Below are positions 40,849 to 51,076 of a stretch of DNA of 64,000 bases, piece by piece. This DNA comes from Albidovulum sp. (GTDB lineage: Bacteria > Pseudomonadota > Alphaproteobacteria > Rhodobacterales > Rhodobacteraceae). A model generated the notes under the pieces. The model made no database searches. It was given only the letters and a program-made list of their open reading frames with translations, and had not been told where the DNA came from. The stretch covers positions 465,590 through 529,589 of the forward strand of contig JACKKB010000002.1 in NCBI GenBank assembly GCA_020637635.1. The letters run 5' to 3'. Every line of letters begins with the position of its first letter. Positions within the stretch are counted from its first letter, which is position 1. Made by a program: the position numbers and the translations under genes.

Positions 40849-42422
40849 GTCCGGCCTTCCTCGGCTTCTTCCATCCAGCCGCGCAGAATGTCGACGGTGT
40901 CGTCCTGACGCTCGGCGATGAGGCGACGGAGCCGGTTCATCGGATCCGCATCGGATTGCCCCGCGGCGCCGCGTGCGGCCGGCAGACGCGCGCCGTCACC
41001 CTGGCCGCTGCCCTCGTCGGCGATCTCGCCCGTCAGCGCCACGCCCTGCGGCGGGGCGAGCGAAGCGCGTGGCGCCGCCACTGTGCCGCGGCCGGAAAGG
41101 ATCGGGCGCAGCACGAACAGACCGAGCACCAGCGCGACCAGCGAGAAGGCTGCGAACTTGATCAGACCGACAAGATCGAAGGCCTCAGGCAGGGCCCAGA
41201 GCGAGGCTGCCACCGGCTCGGGGGCTGCCAGGGTCTCGAAGCCCATCGACTTGATCGTGATGACATCGCCGCGCGCGGCATCGAAGCCGACGGCTGCCGC
41301 GACAAGATCGTGGAGCGCCGCCAGTTCCTCGTCCGGGCGTGGCGTCTTGATCGGTTCACCGGTGTCGCTCGTCGTCGAGATGCCGTCAACGAGAACCGCG
41401 ACCGTCAACCGGCGCAGGGCGCCCGGCGTGCGCAGCACCTCGCGCGTGGTTTCGGAAACCTCGAAATTCGTCCGCTCGCGGGTCTCGCTGTTGCGGCTCT
41501 GCGTGGTCGTGGCGCCTGCGGCATTGCCGGCAGGCAGGTTGGAGGCGACGCTCACCCCCTGACCGCCGGCGTCCGAGGAATTCGCGCTGCGCTCTTCGGT
41601 ATCGGTTGAAATCGCGACCCGCCCGTCAGGGTCGATGCGCCTTTCGGTGATGGCCTCGCGCTCGGTCACGGTATCGACCGAGACCTCGACCACCGCATTG
41701 CCGTAGCCGACGCGCGCCTCGAGCAGCCGCTCGACATTGCGGCGCAGGGTCTCGGCCCGGTCGTCAGGCACCATGCCTGGCTGATCCGAACCCGATTCCA
41801 CAAGCCCGCCGCGGTCGTCGATCACCGCGACATCGTCGGGGCGCATCCCGGAAACCGCCGAGGCCACGAGGTATTTCAATGCCTTGGCTTGTGCGGGGTT
41901 CAGACCGCCGGTGGTTGAAGTGACCACGACCGAGGCCGTCGGCCGTGCTTCTGCGCGCAGGCCCTGGGCGCGGGTGTCGGCGATATGGACCCGTGCCGCG
42001 CGAATCGAGGGTTGGGCAGAGATGGTGCGCGCAAGCTCGCCCTCCTTCGCGCGCAGGTAGGCGGCGTCGAACATCTGCGAGGTCGTCCCGAAGCCCGAGA
42101 GCGAATCGAGGATCTCGTAGCCCGCCTCGGTGCTTGCGGGCAAGCCCTCCGATGCCAGGGACATGCGCAACTGGTCGCGCCGCGTCGTCTCGACATAGAT
42201 CGCGGTTCCGCGCACTTCATAACTTGCGCCCTGCTGGTCGAGCGCGGCGAGCACCTCGCCCGAGCGCGCCTCGTCGAGACCGGCGTAAAGAAGGGCCATG
42301 CCGGGGCGCGATGCAAGCTTGCCGAGGCCCAGCACCGCCGCAAACATCGCGAGCGCCGCAGCCGCGACGATGACACGCTTTCGGCTGTCGAGTGCACGCC
42401 AGACGGATACCAGTTGCTGCAC
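40845..42422 (-). CDS. fliF: Flagellar MS-ring protein FliF
   Basis: Segments GYEILD...FGTTSQMF...RAKEGELARTI, SVASNLP and RTNFEVS. Confidence 0.96.
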   Translation of the reverse strand: MQQLVSVWRALDSRKRVIVAAAALAMFAAVLGLGKLASRPGMALLYAGLDEARSGEVLAALDQQGASYEVRGTAIYVETTRRDQLRMSLASEGLPASTEAGYEILDSLSGFGTTSQMFDAAYLRAKEGELARTISAQPSIRAARVHIADTRAQGLRAEARPTASVVVTSTTGGLNPAQAKALKYLVASAVSGMRPDDVAVIDDRGGLVESGSDQPGMVPDDRAETLRRNVERLLEARVGYGNAVVEVSVDTVTEREAITERRIDPDGRVAISTDTEERSANSSDAGGQGVSVASNLPAGNAAGATTTQSRNSETRERTNFEVSETTREVLRTPGALRRLTVAVLVDGISTTSDTGEPIKTPRPDEELAALHDLVAAAVGFDAARGDVITIKSMGFETLAAPEPVAASLWALPEAFDLVGLIKFAAFSLVALVLGLFVLRPILSGRGTVAAPRASLAPPQGVALTGEIADEGSGQGDGARLPAARGAAGQSDADPMNRLRRLIAERQDDTVDILRGWMEEAEEGRT

Positions 42423-42477
42423 GGATCGCTCCCTCGCGGACTTCTGCCCTGTGGCGCCGATCCTTGGACGATCAGCC

Positions 42478-42492
42478 TTAAGAAACGGTTAG
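42478..42492. promoter_or_regulatory. CtrA-like box in the fliF/fliL divergent promoter
   Basis: TTAA-GAAACGG-TTAG (TTAA-N7-TTAA consensus, one mismatch). Confidence 0.65.
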
Positions 42493-42536
42493 CCTCCGAC
42501 GTCTATATCCCTGCTCGTCAGACATGCGGGGACACC

Positions 42537-43013
42537 ATGGCCGAAGCCGCCGAAACAGCGCCGGAAACCCCGGCAAAGAAATCGAAAAAGCCGCTTCTGA
42601 TCGGGCTCGCACTGATGCTCGCCGCGGCCGGCGGCGGCTTTTACGTGACCTCCTCGGGGCTCTTGCCGGGCCATGGCAAACAGGTCGACTCTGCCGCGCC
42701 GGAACCGCTTCCCGACGTCGCCTACGTGCCGGTCGAACCGCTTGTCATCTCTCTCGGCGACGGCTCGCCGCGGCGTTACCTGCACTTCTCGGCGCAGATC
42801 GAGGTCGGTGCCGCGCATGTCGAGGAGGTGACCCATATCATGCCGCGCGTCATGGACGTTCTGAACAGCTATCTGCGGGCCGTCGACGCGCGCGATCTGG
42901 AGGCGCCCGGCGCACTCGTCAAGCTGCGTGCGCAACTGCTTCGGCGGATCCGGATGGTCGCCGGAGAAGCGCGCGTGCACGACCTTCTCGTCACCGAATT
43001 TGTCATCAACTGA
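42537..43013 (+). CDS. fliL: Flagellar basal-body-associated protein FliL
   Basis: N-terminal TM after KKSKK; MPRVMDVLNSYLRA; DLLVTEFVIN. Confidence 0.92.
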   Translation: MAEAAETAPETPAKKSKKPLLIGLALMLAAAGGGFYVTSSGLLPGHGKQVDSAAPEPLPDVAYVPVEPLVISLGDGSPRRYLHFSAQIEVGAAHVEEVTHIMPRVMDVLNSYLRAVDARDLEAPGALVKLRAQLLRRIRMVAGEARVHDLLVTEFVIN

Positions 43014-43020
43014 GGTCGCA

Positions 43021-43386
43021 ATGGATTTCATCGCCAACATCCTTCTCGGCGCTGGGGCGATTGGCGCCGGCATCTTCTGTCTGGTTCTGTCGCGCCGGTT
43101 GAAGTCGCTCAGCCAGCTCGACAGCGGCATGGGTGGAGCGATTGCGGTGCTCTCGGTTCAGGTCGACGAAATGACCGCCGCTCTTGGTGCGGCACAAGAG
43201 GCCGCGACCGGTTCGGCAGAAACGCTGCGCGCCCTCACGATGCGGGCGGAAACGGCGGCCGCGAAACTCGAACTCATGCTCTCGTCGCTTCATGACCTGC
43301 CCGAGATGGGCGACGAGGGTGAACGCCGACGTCCGTGCGTGGTGCGGCGCGCGCGCCGCCTGCACGAGCCGGAGGTCGCGGAATGA
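43021..43386 (+). CDS. Conserved flagellar-cluster membrane-anchored coiled-coil protein (DUF6468-like)
   Basis: N-terminal TM, then YC/FC-xVLSRRL and a coiled coil; located between fliL and motE. Confidence 0.65.
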   Translation: MDFIANILLGAGAIGAGIFCLVLSRRLKSLSQLDSGMGGAIAVLSVQVDEMTAALGAAQEAATGSAETLRALTMRAETAAAKLELMLSSLHDLPEMGDEGERRRPCVVRRARRLHEPEVAE

Positions 43387-43985
43387 GGCGGCTCGGCAAG
43401 AAGGGGCGCGACGGCGTCGCGGCGCCGCGGCGATCCGGGGGCGGCACTCTGGTGACCCTCGCCGGGTTCTTCATCGTTTCTGCCATGCTCCGCTTCGGCG
43501 TCGCCGCCGCGGATGCGTTCTCTGCCACCGAAACGCACGAAGGACCCGCCGAGAAGGCGGCCGCCTGCACGACAGATGGCGACGCGCTCGCTCTCTTCGA
43601 GGAGGTAAAGACGCGCGAGGCGCGGGTCGCCGAAAGGGAGAAGCGCGCGGAGGACCGCGACCGGGCGCTCACGCTCGCCTCGACCACGATCGATGACAAG
43701 CTGAAGACGCTCGAGGAAGCCGAAGCCAAGCTCGCCGCGACGCTCGCGATCGCCGACAAGGCCGCGGACAAGGACGTCGCAAGCTTGATTGCGGTCTACG
43801 AGAAGATGAAGCCGAAGGATGCCGCCCGTCTCTTCGAGCAGATGCCGCCGGAATTTGCCGCGGGATTCCTCTCCGGCATGCGGCCCGACTCTGCCGCAGC
43901 GGTGATGGCCGGGCTCGACCCCGAGAAGGCCTATTCGATCAGCGTCGTGCTGGCGGGCCGCAACGCGCGGGCGCCGAAATCCTGA
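43383..43985 (+). CDS. motE: MotE-family protein
   Basis: Coiled coil followed by VYEKMKPKDAARLF...MRPDSAAAVMAGLDPEKA (MgtE_N-like). Confidence 0.8.
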   Translation: MRRLGKKGRDGVAAPRRSGGGTLVTLAGFFIVSAMLRFGVAAADAFSATETHEGPAEKAAACTTDGDALALFEEVKTREARVAEREKRAEDRDRALTLASTTIDDKLKTLEEAEAKLAATLAIADKAADKDVASLIAVYEKMKPKDAARLFEQMPPEFAAGFLSGMRPDSAAAVMAGLDPEKAYSISVVLAGRNARAPKS

Positions 43986-44068
43986 TCCGCTCGCCTGATC
44001 CGCTCAGGGGATTCTTAACCGGCGTCTGCAAAGGTTGCGCGCATGACACGTGAAGGGACTCCGACGCA

Positions 44069-44938
44069 ATGATCGGCATCATCGGCATCGTGATCATCTT
44101 CGTGATGGTCTTCGGCGGCTATTCGTTCGCGGGCGGCAAGCTCGAGGTCATCCTGCATGCGGCACCGCATGAGCTCATCATGATCCTCGGCGCGGCAGTC
44201 GGGTCGTTCGTCCTTTCCAACGACGGATCCGCGGTCAAGCATACGCTCAAGGACGTGGGCAAGGTCTTCAAGGGGCCGAAGTGGAAGGCCGAAGACTATC
44301 GCGACCTTCTTTGCCTGCTTTTCGAGCTCATTCGCCTGGCCAAGCAGAATCCGGTCGCGCTCGAAGAGCATGTGGAGGCGCCCCAGACCTCCTCGATCTT
44401 CGGAAAGTATCCCAAGATCGCCGCGGACCAAACGGCCACGGATCTCATCTGCGACACGTTGCGGGCCGCCTCGATGAATTACGACGACGCGCATCAGGTC
44501 GAGGAGGTTCTCGAAAAGCAGCTCGAGGCGCACATGCATCACGCGATGCATTCGACCCATTCGCTGCAGTCGATCGCCGACGGTCTTCCGGCGCTCGGGA
44601 TCGTCGCCGCGGTTCTCGGCGTGATCAAGACAATGGGCTCGATCGATCAGCCGCCGGAGATCCTCGGCAAGATGATCGGTGGCGCCCTTGTCGGCACGTT
44701 TCTCGGTGTGTTCCTTGCCTATGGACTTGTCGGGCCCTTCGCCTCGAAACTGAAGCTCGTCGTCGAGGAAGACGGACATTTCTATCAGCTGATCCGCGAA
44801 GTGCTTGTCGCCAACCTGCACAACCACCCGGCCAATATCTGCGTCGAGGTCGGGCGGCAGAACACACCGCATCCGTTCAGACCGAGCTTCACGGCGCTTG
44901 AAGAGGCGCTGAAAGCGGCCAAGTCCGAGGCCGCATGA
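44069..44938 (+). CDS. motA: Flagellar stator protein MotA
   Basis: Segments ADGLPALGIVAAVLGV and GGALVGTFLGVFLAYG. Confidence 0.96.
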   Translation: MIGIIGIVIIFVMVFGGYSFAGGKLEVILHAAPHELIMILGAAVGSFVLSNDGSAVKHTLKDVGKVFKGPKWKAEDYRDLLCLLFELIRLAKQNPVALEEHVEAPQTSSIFGKYPKIAADQTATDLICDTLRAASMNYDDAHQVEEVLEKQLEAHMHHAMHSTHSLQSIADGLPALGIVAAVLGVIKTMGSIDQPPEILGKMIGGALVGTFLGVFLAYGLVGPFASKLKLVVEEDGHFYQLIREVLVANLHNHPANICVEVGRQNTPHPFRPSFTALEEALKAAKSEAA

Positions 44939-47370
44939 GTCTGACGCTGGTCCGCATCACCTTGCTCTTGCTCGCCGCGGCCCTGCCGGCTGCGGCTGAC
45001 ACGGTGAGCGTTCGAAGCGGTGAACATCCGGGCTTCTCGCGGATCGCGCTCGATCTGGGTCGTCCGGCCAATTGGCAGCTCACCCGTACCGGCGGAAGCT
45101 ACGACCTGCGCGTCGACGGCGGACATGACTACGATCTCAGCTCGGCCTTCGCGCGTATCGGGCGCGACAGGATCGCCGATATTCGACCCCTGAGCGATGG
45201 CAGAGGGTTGAAGTTCGAGCTCGGATGCGACTGTCATGCAACGGCCTTTCTTGCCGGGTCCGGAACGCTGGTCGTCGATGTCAGCGACGGGCCGGCAGAT
45301 GCGGAATCGCCCTTCGAGGCTCCGGCCGCGGAGCCGGCCGAGACCGCGCCTGAAGCGGAGGTGTCTCCGGGACGGGATCAGGGCGCCGCACTTGCGACCG
45401 ACAGGGTGCAGTATCGGCCGCAGCCCGCCCCCGATCCGCGCCTCGCCTTCTTCTGGCGCGGGGTGCAGCCGACGGCCGAGGGCAAGAGGTCACCCGCAGC
45501 CCCTTCGCCCGATGCCGACGCGATCCCTGTGCCGGCCGGCCGGCCATCGCCCGCGCCGGTCGCGCGGAGCGCACCCGAGGACTCGCCGCACGCCGTTGCG
45601 GCACCGGTTCCGCAGGCCATTGCGCCACCCGAACCGGTCGCCGAGACGACGCCTGCGGCACTGCCGCCTGTCCCGTCGCCGCGTGTATCCGAAGCGGAAA
45701 AGGCGCTGCTGGCCCGGCTCGGCTCGGCAGCAACGGAAGGGTTGCTCGCGGCCAACCCCGAGGCCGTCACAACGCTTCTTCCGGACCTCCCGGACGAGGC
45801 TCACGCGAACCCGAACGCGGCGCCCGCCGACCGAGACCCGCACCGGATGACGGACCCGGAGGTTCAGAATGAGAAAGGTGCGGCGGCGGCAGATCACCTC
45901 GGCATCGGGCGCGGCCGCGCGCTCGCGAGCGACGGCAGCCCCTGTCCCGCCGAGGAAGCGTTCGACGTGGCGAGCTGGGGTAGCGAAACGCCCGCCGACC
46001 GGCAGATCGCGACGCTGCGCAGCGCGCTCGTCGGCGAGTTCGATCGACCCGCACCGGCGGCTGCAAGGGCGCTCGCCCAGCTCTACGTTCATCTCGGCTT
46101 TGGCACCGAGGCGCGGGCGGTGCTGGACGCCTTTCCCGAGATCGAAGGGGGCGACACGCTGCGCGCGATGGCCCGTCTCGTCGACGGCACGCCCGACGGT
46201 CGGTTGGCCCGATACGCGACGTGCCCCGGGCCGGCGGCCTTCTGGGCGCTCATCTCTCTGGACGTGGCCGCGCCGGGCCAGCCGCTCGACCTCGGCGCCG
46301 TTCGCCGCGCCTTCTCGGCGCTTCCGAAGGCGTTGCGCCGCGAGCTCGGGCCGGAGGCGGTGGAACGCCTGATGGCCATGGGAGAGCACGAGGCGGCGCT
46401 TGCATTGCGCGGCGCGGTCGAACGGGCCGGCACTGGAACCGAGACGGCGCTCGACGTCATCTCCGCGCAGATCGACTTCGGTGCTGGCAACCGCGCCGGG
46501 GCCGAGGCCGCGCTTGCTGCCGTCGCGGCCGGCGGCACGCCCGAGGCGGCGCCGGCACTCGTCGCCCTCATCCGCTCGAAACTGGCGGCAGGCGAGGCGG
46601 TAGCGCCCGAACTCGCGTCCGAGGCGGGCGCACGGGCCTTCGAACTCCGCGATACGACGCTTGGCCCGGCGCTCTGGGCGGCGCAGGTGCTGGCGCTGGC
46701 CTCGACCGGCGATTTCACCTCCGCGCTCGCGGCGCTTGATGCGCCACCTGCGACCGATGTCGCGACGGCCCTTCCCGAAGCGCTTTCAAGGCTTGCAGGA
46801 CTTCTCGCAAGAAATGCCGACGAGGCGACCTTTGTCGCCGCCTATTTCCGCCTTCGACCGGCCTTTTTGCAGGCGGATCTCGATACCGACCGCCGGCTCG
46901 CACTCGGCGACCGGCTTGCCGACGCGGGATTCGCCGGCGCGCTGCGGGAGATCGTCGCGCAAGGCGCCGAGACGACTGAGCGCGGCCGACGCCTGCTCGC
47001 GCGGGCCGACCTGCTGGAAGGCAATCCCTCCGAAGCGCTCCGCCGGCTCGATGGCCTCGAGGACGATGCGAGCCGACTGGTCCGGGCCGACGCGCTCGCC
47101 TCGGCCGGGGATCACGCGGCGGCCGCGCCCATATTGCGGGCGCTGGGCAACGATGAGGGCGCAGCCTCGGAGACCTGGCGTTCGGGAGAACCGATCGGCG
47201 AGGCGGCGGCGGCGCCCGCGGCCTTCGCCGAGGCGCTCGCCGTCCTGACACGCGCGCCTGCCGAACCGACCGGAGCGGGCGACCTGGCCCGGGGCAGGGC
47301 GCTCGTCGAGGGCAGCCAGACAATCCGTTCGGGAATCGCAGCACTTCTTGCGGCGGCAGAAAGCCCCTGA
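44935..47370 (+). CDS. Large exported hypothetical protein of the flagellar cluster (TPR-like helical C-terminal half)
   Basis: Signal peptide; N-terminal VRSGEHPGFSRIALD domain; Pro/Ala-rich linker; LYVHLGFGTEAR; translationally coupled to motA. Confidence 0.75.
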   Translation: MSLTLVRITLLLLAAALPAAADTVSVRSGEHPGFSRIALDLGRPANWQLTRTGGSYDLRVDGGHDYDLSSAFARIGRDRIADIRPLSDGRGLKFELGCDCHATAFLAGSGTLVVDVSDGPADAESPFEAPAAEPAETAPEAEVSPGRDQGAALATDRVQYRPQPAPDPRLAFFWRGVQPTAEGKRSPAAPSPDADAIPVPAGRPSPAPVARSAPEDSPHAVAAPVPQAIAPPEPVAETTPAALPPVPSPRVSEAEKALLARLGSAATEGLLAANPEAVTTLLPDLPDEAHANPNAAPADRDPHRMTDPEVQNEKGAAAADHLGIGRGRALASDGSPCPAEEAFDVASWGSETPADRQIATLRSALVGEFDRPAPAAARALAQLYVHLGFGTEARAVLDAFPEIEGGDTLRAMARLVDGTPDGRLARYATCPGPAAFWALISLDVAAPGQPLDLGAVRRAFSALPKALRRELGPEAVERLMAMGEHEAALALRGAVERAGTGTETALDVISAQIDFGAGNRAGAEAALAAVAAGGTPEAAPALVALIRSKLAAGEAVAPELASEAGARAFELRDTTLGPALWAAQVLALASTGDFTSALAALDAPPATDVATALPEALSRLAGLLARNADEATFVAAYFRLRPAFLQADLDTDRRLALGDRLADAGFAGALREIVAQGAETTERGRRLLARADLLEGNPSEALRRLDGLEDDASRLVRADALASAGDHAAAAPILRALGNDEGAASETWRSGEPIGEAAAAPAAFAEALAVLTRAPAEPTGAGDLARGRALVEGSQTIRSGIAALLAAAESP

Positions 47371-47457
47371 GGCCGCAGAATCGCCGACATCGCTTACCGA
47401 ATCTCAACACCCGCCACCTAGCGTCACGGCAAGCAAGAACTGCTGTCAGGATAGATC

Positions 47458-48216
47458 ATGGCCCGTGCCCCGCGTTCCCGCCCGAGGATCCTCACAATTC
47501 TCGCCGCGGCGCTGTTCCTGGAACCGGTTTCGGCCATGGCAGTCACCGATCCGGCGCAGATCTGCGACGCGGCTGCGACCCGCGCAGCAGAGCGCGAGGG
47601 CGTGCCGTTGACCGTGCTCCAGGCGATCACGCGCAGCGAGACCGGTCGCTCGCGCGGCGGAAAGCTGCAGCCCTGGCCCTGGACCGTGAACATGGAGGGG
47701 GCCGGTCACTGGTTCGACAGCGAAAACCTGGCGCGTGACTTCGCCTACAGATCGCATGACAGAGGCGCCCGGAGCTTCGACGTCGGTTGCTTCCAGATCA
47801 ACTATAAGTGGCACGGGAAGGCCTTCAGCTCGATCGACGAGATGTTCGACCCGGTCGCCAACGCCGTCTACGCGGCGCGGTTCCTCAAGGAACTGCATGC
47901 CGAGACCGGTTCATGGGAGGCGGCAGCCGGCGCCTACCACTCGCGCACCAAGGAACACGCCGATCGCTACGCGGCGAGGTTCCAGCGCATCCGCAGCAAA
48001 CTCGAAGGCCGCACGATGCCGCAGACCGAACCGGCGCCCGAGATCGTTCTCGCTTCGGCCGAGATCCCACGCTCTCCCCAGGTCGTGCAGTCACGCGTCA
48101 ATCGCTATCCGCTCCTGCAGGCTGGCGATGGCGGAGCGATCGGGTCGCTGGTGCGCTTCGGCGCGCCGGGCGCAGGCAGCCTTTTCGCCAACCTTCAGGC
48201 GAAGCCTCTCAAATGA
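47458..48216 (+). CDS. Flagellar lytic transglycosylase (SltF-like)
   Basis: SLT motifs AITRSETG, PWPWTVN, DVGCFQINYKWH and AAGAYHS. Confidence 0.88.
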   Translation: MARAPRSRPRILTILAAALFLEPVSAMAVTDPAQICDAAATRAAEREGVPLTVLQAITRSETGRSRGGKLQPWPWTVNMEGAGHWFDSENLARDFAYRSHDRGARSFDVGCFQINYKWHGKAFSSIDEMFDPVANAVYAARFLKELHAETGSWEAAAGAYHSRTKEHADRYAARFQRIRSKLEGRTMPQTEPAPEIVLASAEIPRSPQVVQSRVNRYPLLQAGDGGAIGSLVRFGAPGAGSLFANLQAKPLK

Positions 48217-50303
48217 GCGCCCGACTGTCGCCTGCAGACCTCTTTCGCCCCACGGTGCTGCTCGCGCTGGCACTCATGGCGATCATCGTCATGATGATCC
48301 TGCCGATGCCGTCCTGGGTGCTCGACTTCGGCCTTGCTGCCTCGTTCGCGCTCGCCATCCTGATCTTCACGATCACGCTCTTCGTCGAGCGGCCACTCGA
48401 TTTTTCGGCGTTCCCGACGGTGCTGCTCGCCTCGCTCATGCTGCGCCTGTCGCTCAACGTCTCGTCGACGAAGCTCATCATCGGGCAGGGTCATACCGGC
48501 ACCAACGCCGCCGGCGACGTGATCGAGGGTTTCGCCATGTTCATCATGTCGGGCTCGGTGCTGATCGGCCTTGTCGTGTTCGGCGTCCTCCTGATCGTCA
48601 ACTTCATCGTCATCACCAAGGGCGCGGGCCGCATGGCCGAGGTTGGCGCGCGCTTCGCTCTCGACGGGATGCCGGGCAAGCAGCTTGCCATCGACAGCGA
48701 CATGAACGCCGGCGCCATTGATCATGCCGAGGCGCGGGCGCGGCGGGAACGCGAACAGGCCGAGACCACCTTCTTCGGCTCGCTCGACGGCGCGTCGAAA
48801 TTCGTCAAGGGCGACGCCGTGGCGGGCCTCCTGATCACGCTTCTGAACCTCGTCATGGGCCTTGTCATCGGAATCGGCGTTCACGGCATGCCGGTCATGC
48901 GGGCCATCGAGACCTATGCGATCCTCACCGTCGGCGACGGGCTCGTGAGCCAGATCCCCGCGGTGATCATCTCGATCGCCTCGGCTCTCCTTCTGTCGCG
49001 CGGCGGCGCCAAGGGCAGTGCCGATCGAGATCTTTTCCGCCAACTCGGCCGGTATCCCGCCGCGCTCGCTACCGTGGCCTTCCTGATGGCGCTCTTCGCC
49101 TTCGTACCCGGACTGCCTTTCGTACCCTTCGTCGTTGGCGGCGGAGGGCTCGGGATTGCCGCCGAACTGGTCCGCCGGCGGGCCCAGCGCGAGGTCGAGG
49201 CAGAGCGCGCGAAGACCGCGCCTGCCCAGGTCAAGGCTGCGCCGCCGCCGCTCGGAGATCTTCTCAACCTTGACGAAATCCACGTCGAGTTTGCCCCCGA
49301 TCTGGTCGGCATGGTGCTCGATCCCGCGACCGGGCTCGAGGCGCGGATCGTCAACATGCGCAACCATGTGGCGACCGCCTTCGGGTTGATCCTGCCCGAG
49401 ATCCGGCTCACCGACGATCCGACGCTTGGCGCGACGGAGTACCGGATCCGGATCCAGGGGGTGGAACAGGCCCATGACCGGCTGCGGCCGGAGCAGGTTC
49501 TCGCCCTGCTCGCCGGTCGCGATGCCATCCTGCCACCCGGCGATGACGTGAAGGAGCCGGTCTATGGGGCGGCGGCACGCTGGATCCCGCGCAGCAGCCG
49601 CGAGGCGGCGGCACTCTCGGGTGCGACGGTCGTTGCGCCCACCGAGGTGCTCGCCACCCATCTGCTCGAGGTCATCAAGCGGAACTTCCCGAAACTGCTC
49701 ACCCTGCGCAGCCTGCGGCGCCTGCTCGATGAATGCGCCAATCTCTCTGACCCCGCACGGCGCGAGGCCAATCGCAAGCTCCTCGACGAGCTGATCCCCG
49801 AAAAGGTGCCGACCGATCTGCTGCTGTCGGTCCTGAGGCTCCTGCTCGAGGAGAGGGTCTCGATCCGCAACCTGCCGCTCATTCTCGAGGCCGTGGCCGA
49901 GGGGCGCGGTCTCGGGACGCCGGAGGCTGTCTGCGAACATGTGCGCCGGCGCCTCGGCTTCCAGCTCGTGGCCGAACTGAAAGGCGCCGACGGTCTTCTT
50001 CCGCTTCTCCAGCTGTCGCCGGACTGGGAGGGGATCTTCGCCGCCCACCAGATCGAGACCGACAGGGGTCAGGGCGATGTTGCCCTGCCGCCCGACAAGT
50101 TCAACCGGCTTGCCGGCAGTGTCGCCGACAGCCTCGCGAGCGCCTCGGAGAAGGGCCGGTTTCCGGCACTGGTGACATCGGCGCGACGCCGGCGATTCCT
50201 CGTCACCGTGCTGCGCGCCAAGGGCATCGCCTCGCAGGTCCTGTCGTTCGACGAGATCGGCTTCGACGCCAGGCCTTCGATCGTCGGGGTGGTGGCCGCA
50301 TGA
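48213..50303 (+). CDS. flhA: Flagellar export protein FlhA
   Basis: Segments RMAEVGARFALDGMPGKQLAID, FFGSLDGASKFVKGDA and GDGLVSQIPA. Confidence 0.97.
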   Translation: MSARLSPADLFRPTVLLALALMAIIVMMILPMPSWVLDFGLAASFALAILIFTITLFVERPLDFSAFPTVLLASLMLRLSLNVSSTKLIIGQGHTGTNAAGDVIEGFAMFIMSGSVLIGLVVFGVLLIVNFIVITKGAGRMAEVGARFALDGMPGKQLAIDSDMNAGAIDHAEARARREREQAETTFFGSLDGASKFVKGDAVAGLLITLLNLVMGLVIGIGVHGMPVMRAIETYAILTVGDGLVSQIPAVIISIASALLLSRGGAKGSADRDLFRQLGRYPAALATVAFLMALFAFVPGLPFVPFVVGGGGLGIAAELVRRRAQREVEAERAKTAPAQVKAAPPPLGDLLNLDEIHVEFAPDLVGMVLDPATGLEARIVNMRNHVATAFGLILPEIRLTDDPTLGATEYRIRIQGVEQAHDRLRPEQVLALLAGRDAILPPGDDVKEPVYGAAARWIPRSSREAAALSGATVVAPTEVLATHLLEVIKRNFPKLLTLRSLRRLLDECANLSDPARREANRKLLDELIPEKVPTDLLLSVLRLLLEERVSIRNLPLILEAVAEGRGLGTPEAVCEHVRRRLGFQLVAELKGADGLLPLLQLSPDWEGIFAAHQIETDRGQGDVALPPDKFNRLAGSVADSLASASEKGRFPALVTSARRRRFLVTVLRAKGIASQVLSFDEIGFDARPSIVGVVAA

Positions 50304-51076
50304 CGGATGCCGCGGCGCAGCTTGTCGGGTTCGTCGGACCCTGGCTCGGCGCGGCCTTCGTCGTCTTCCTGCGCATCGGTGCGATCGCCTCGGTCTTTCC
50401 CGGCATCGGCGAACACTCGGTGCCGGTGCGGGTGCGCCTTGTCCTCGCCCTTGCGCTAACCGCGATCGTGTTGCCCGTCGTCGGGCCCGAGATTCGCGTG
50501 GCGGCGCGGGAGCCTGCGTTCATCGCCGCCTGTCTCGCGACCGAGTCAGCCATCGGGCTTGCCTTCGGGATCGTCTTCCGGCTGCTCGTGAATGCGCTCG
50601 AAACGGCTGGCGCAATGATCGCGCAGTCGGCCTCGCTGTCGCAACTCTTCGGAGCCGGGGGCGAGCCGATGCCGGCGATCTCGCATCTGCTGGTCGCAGG
50701 GGGGCTCGCACTCGCCGTCGCGTCGGGGCTGCATCTGCGCCTTGTCACGCTCCTGATCGAGAGCTACACGCTCTTTCCCGCCGGCGCGGTCCCGGTCGCC
50801 GGTGACTTCGCCCGATGGGGGATCGCGGGTGTCGCCCGGGCCTTCTCGCTCGCCTTCGGACTGGCGGCTCCCTTCGTGATTGCCGCGCTCGTCTACAACC
50901 TCGCGATCGGCGTCATCAACAAGGCCATGCCCCAGCTCATGGTCTCGTTCATCGGCACGCCGGCACTGATCGGCGGCTCGCTCCTGCTGCTCTCGATCGC
51001 GGCGCCGATCGCGCTGCATGCCTGGCGCGGCGCGCTCTTCGGACTTCTCGCCGATCCCTTCGGGGGAGCGCCATGA
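50300..51076 (+). CDS. fliR: Flagellar export protein FliR
   Basis: Segments VFLRIG, VPVRVRL and GVINKAMPQLMV. Confidence 0.93.
   Translation: MTDAAAQLVGFVGPWLGAAFVVFLRIGAIASVFPGIGEHSVPVRVRLVLALALTAIVLPVVGPEIRVAAREPAFIAACLATESAIGLAFGIVFRLLVNALETAGAMIAQSASLSQLFGAGGEPMPAISHLLVAGGLALAVASGLHLRLVTLLIESYTLFPAGAVPVAGDFARWGIAGVARAFSLAFGLAAPFVIAALVYNLAIGVINKAMPQLMVSFIGTPALIGGSLLLLSIAAPIALHAWRGALFGLLADPFGGAP

Noticed and set aside
47808-48212. Apparent 135-aa N-terminal extension of FlhA
   Set aside because: It overlaps the transglycosylase gene. The real start is the coupled ATG at 48213.
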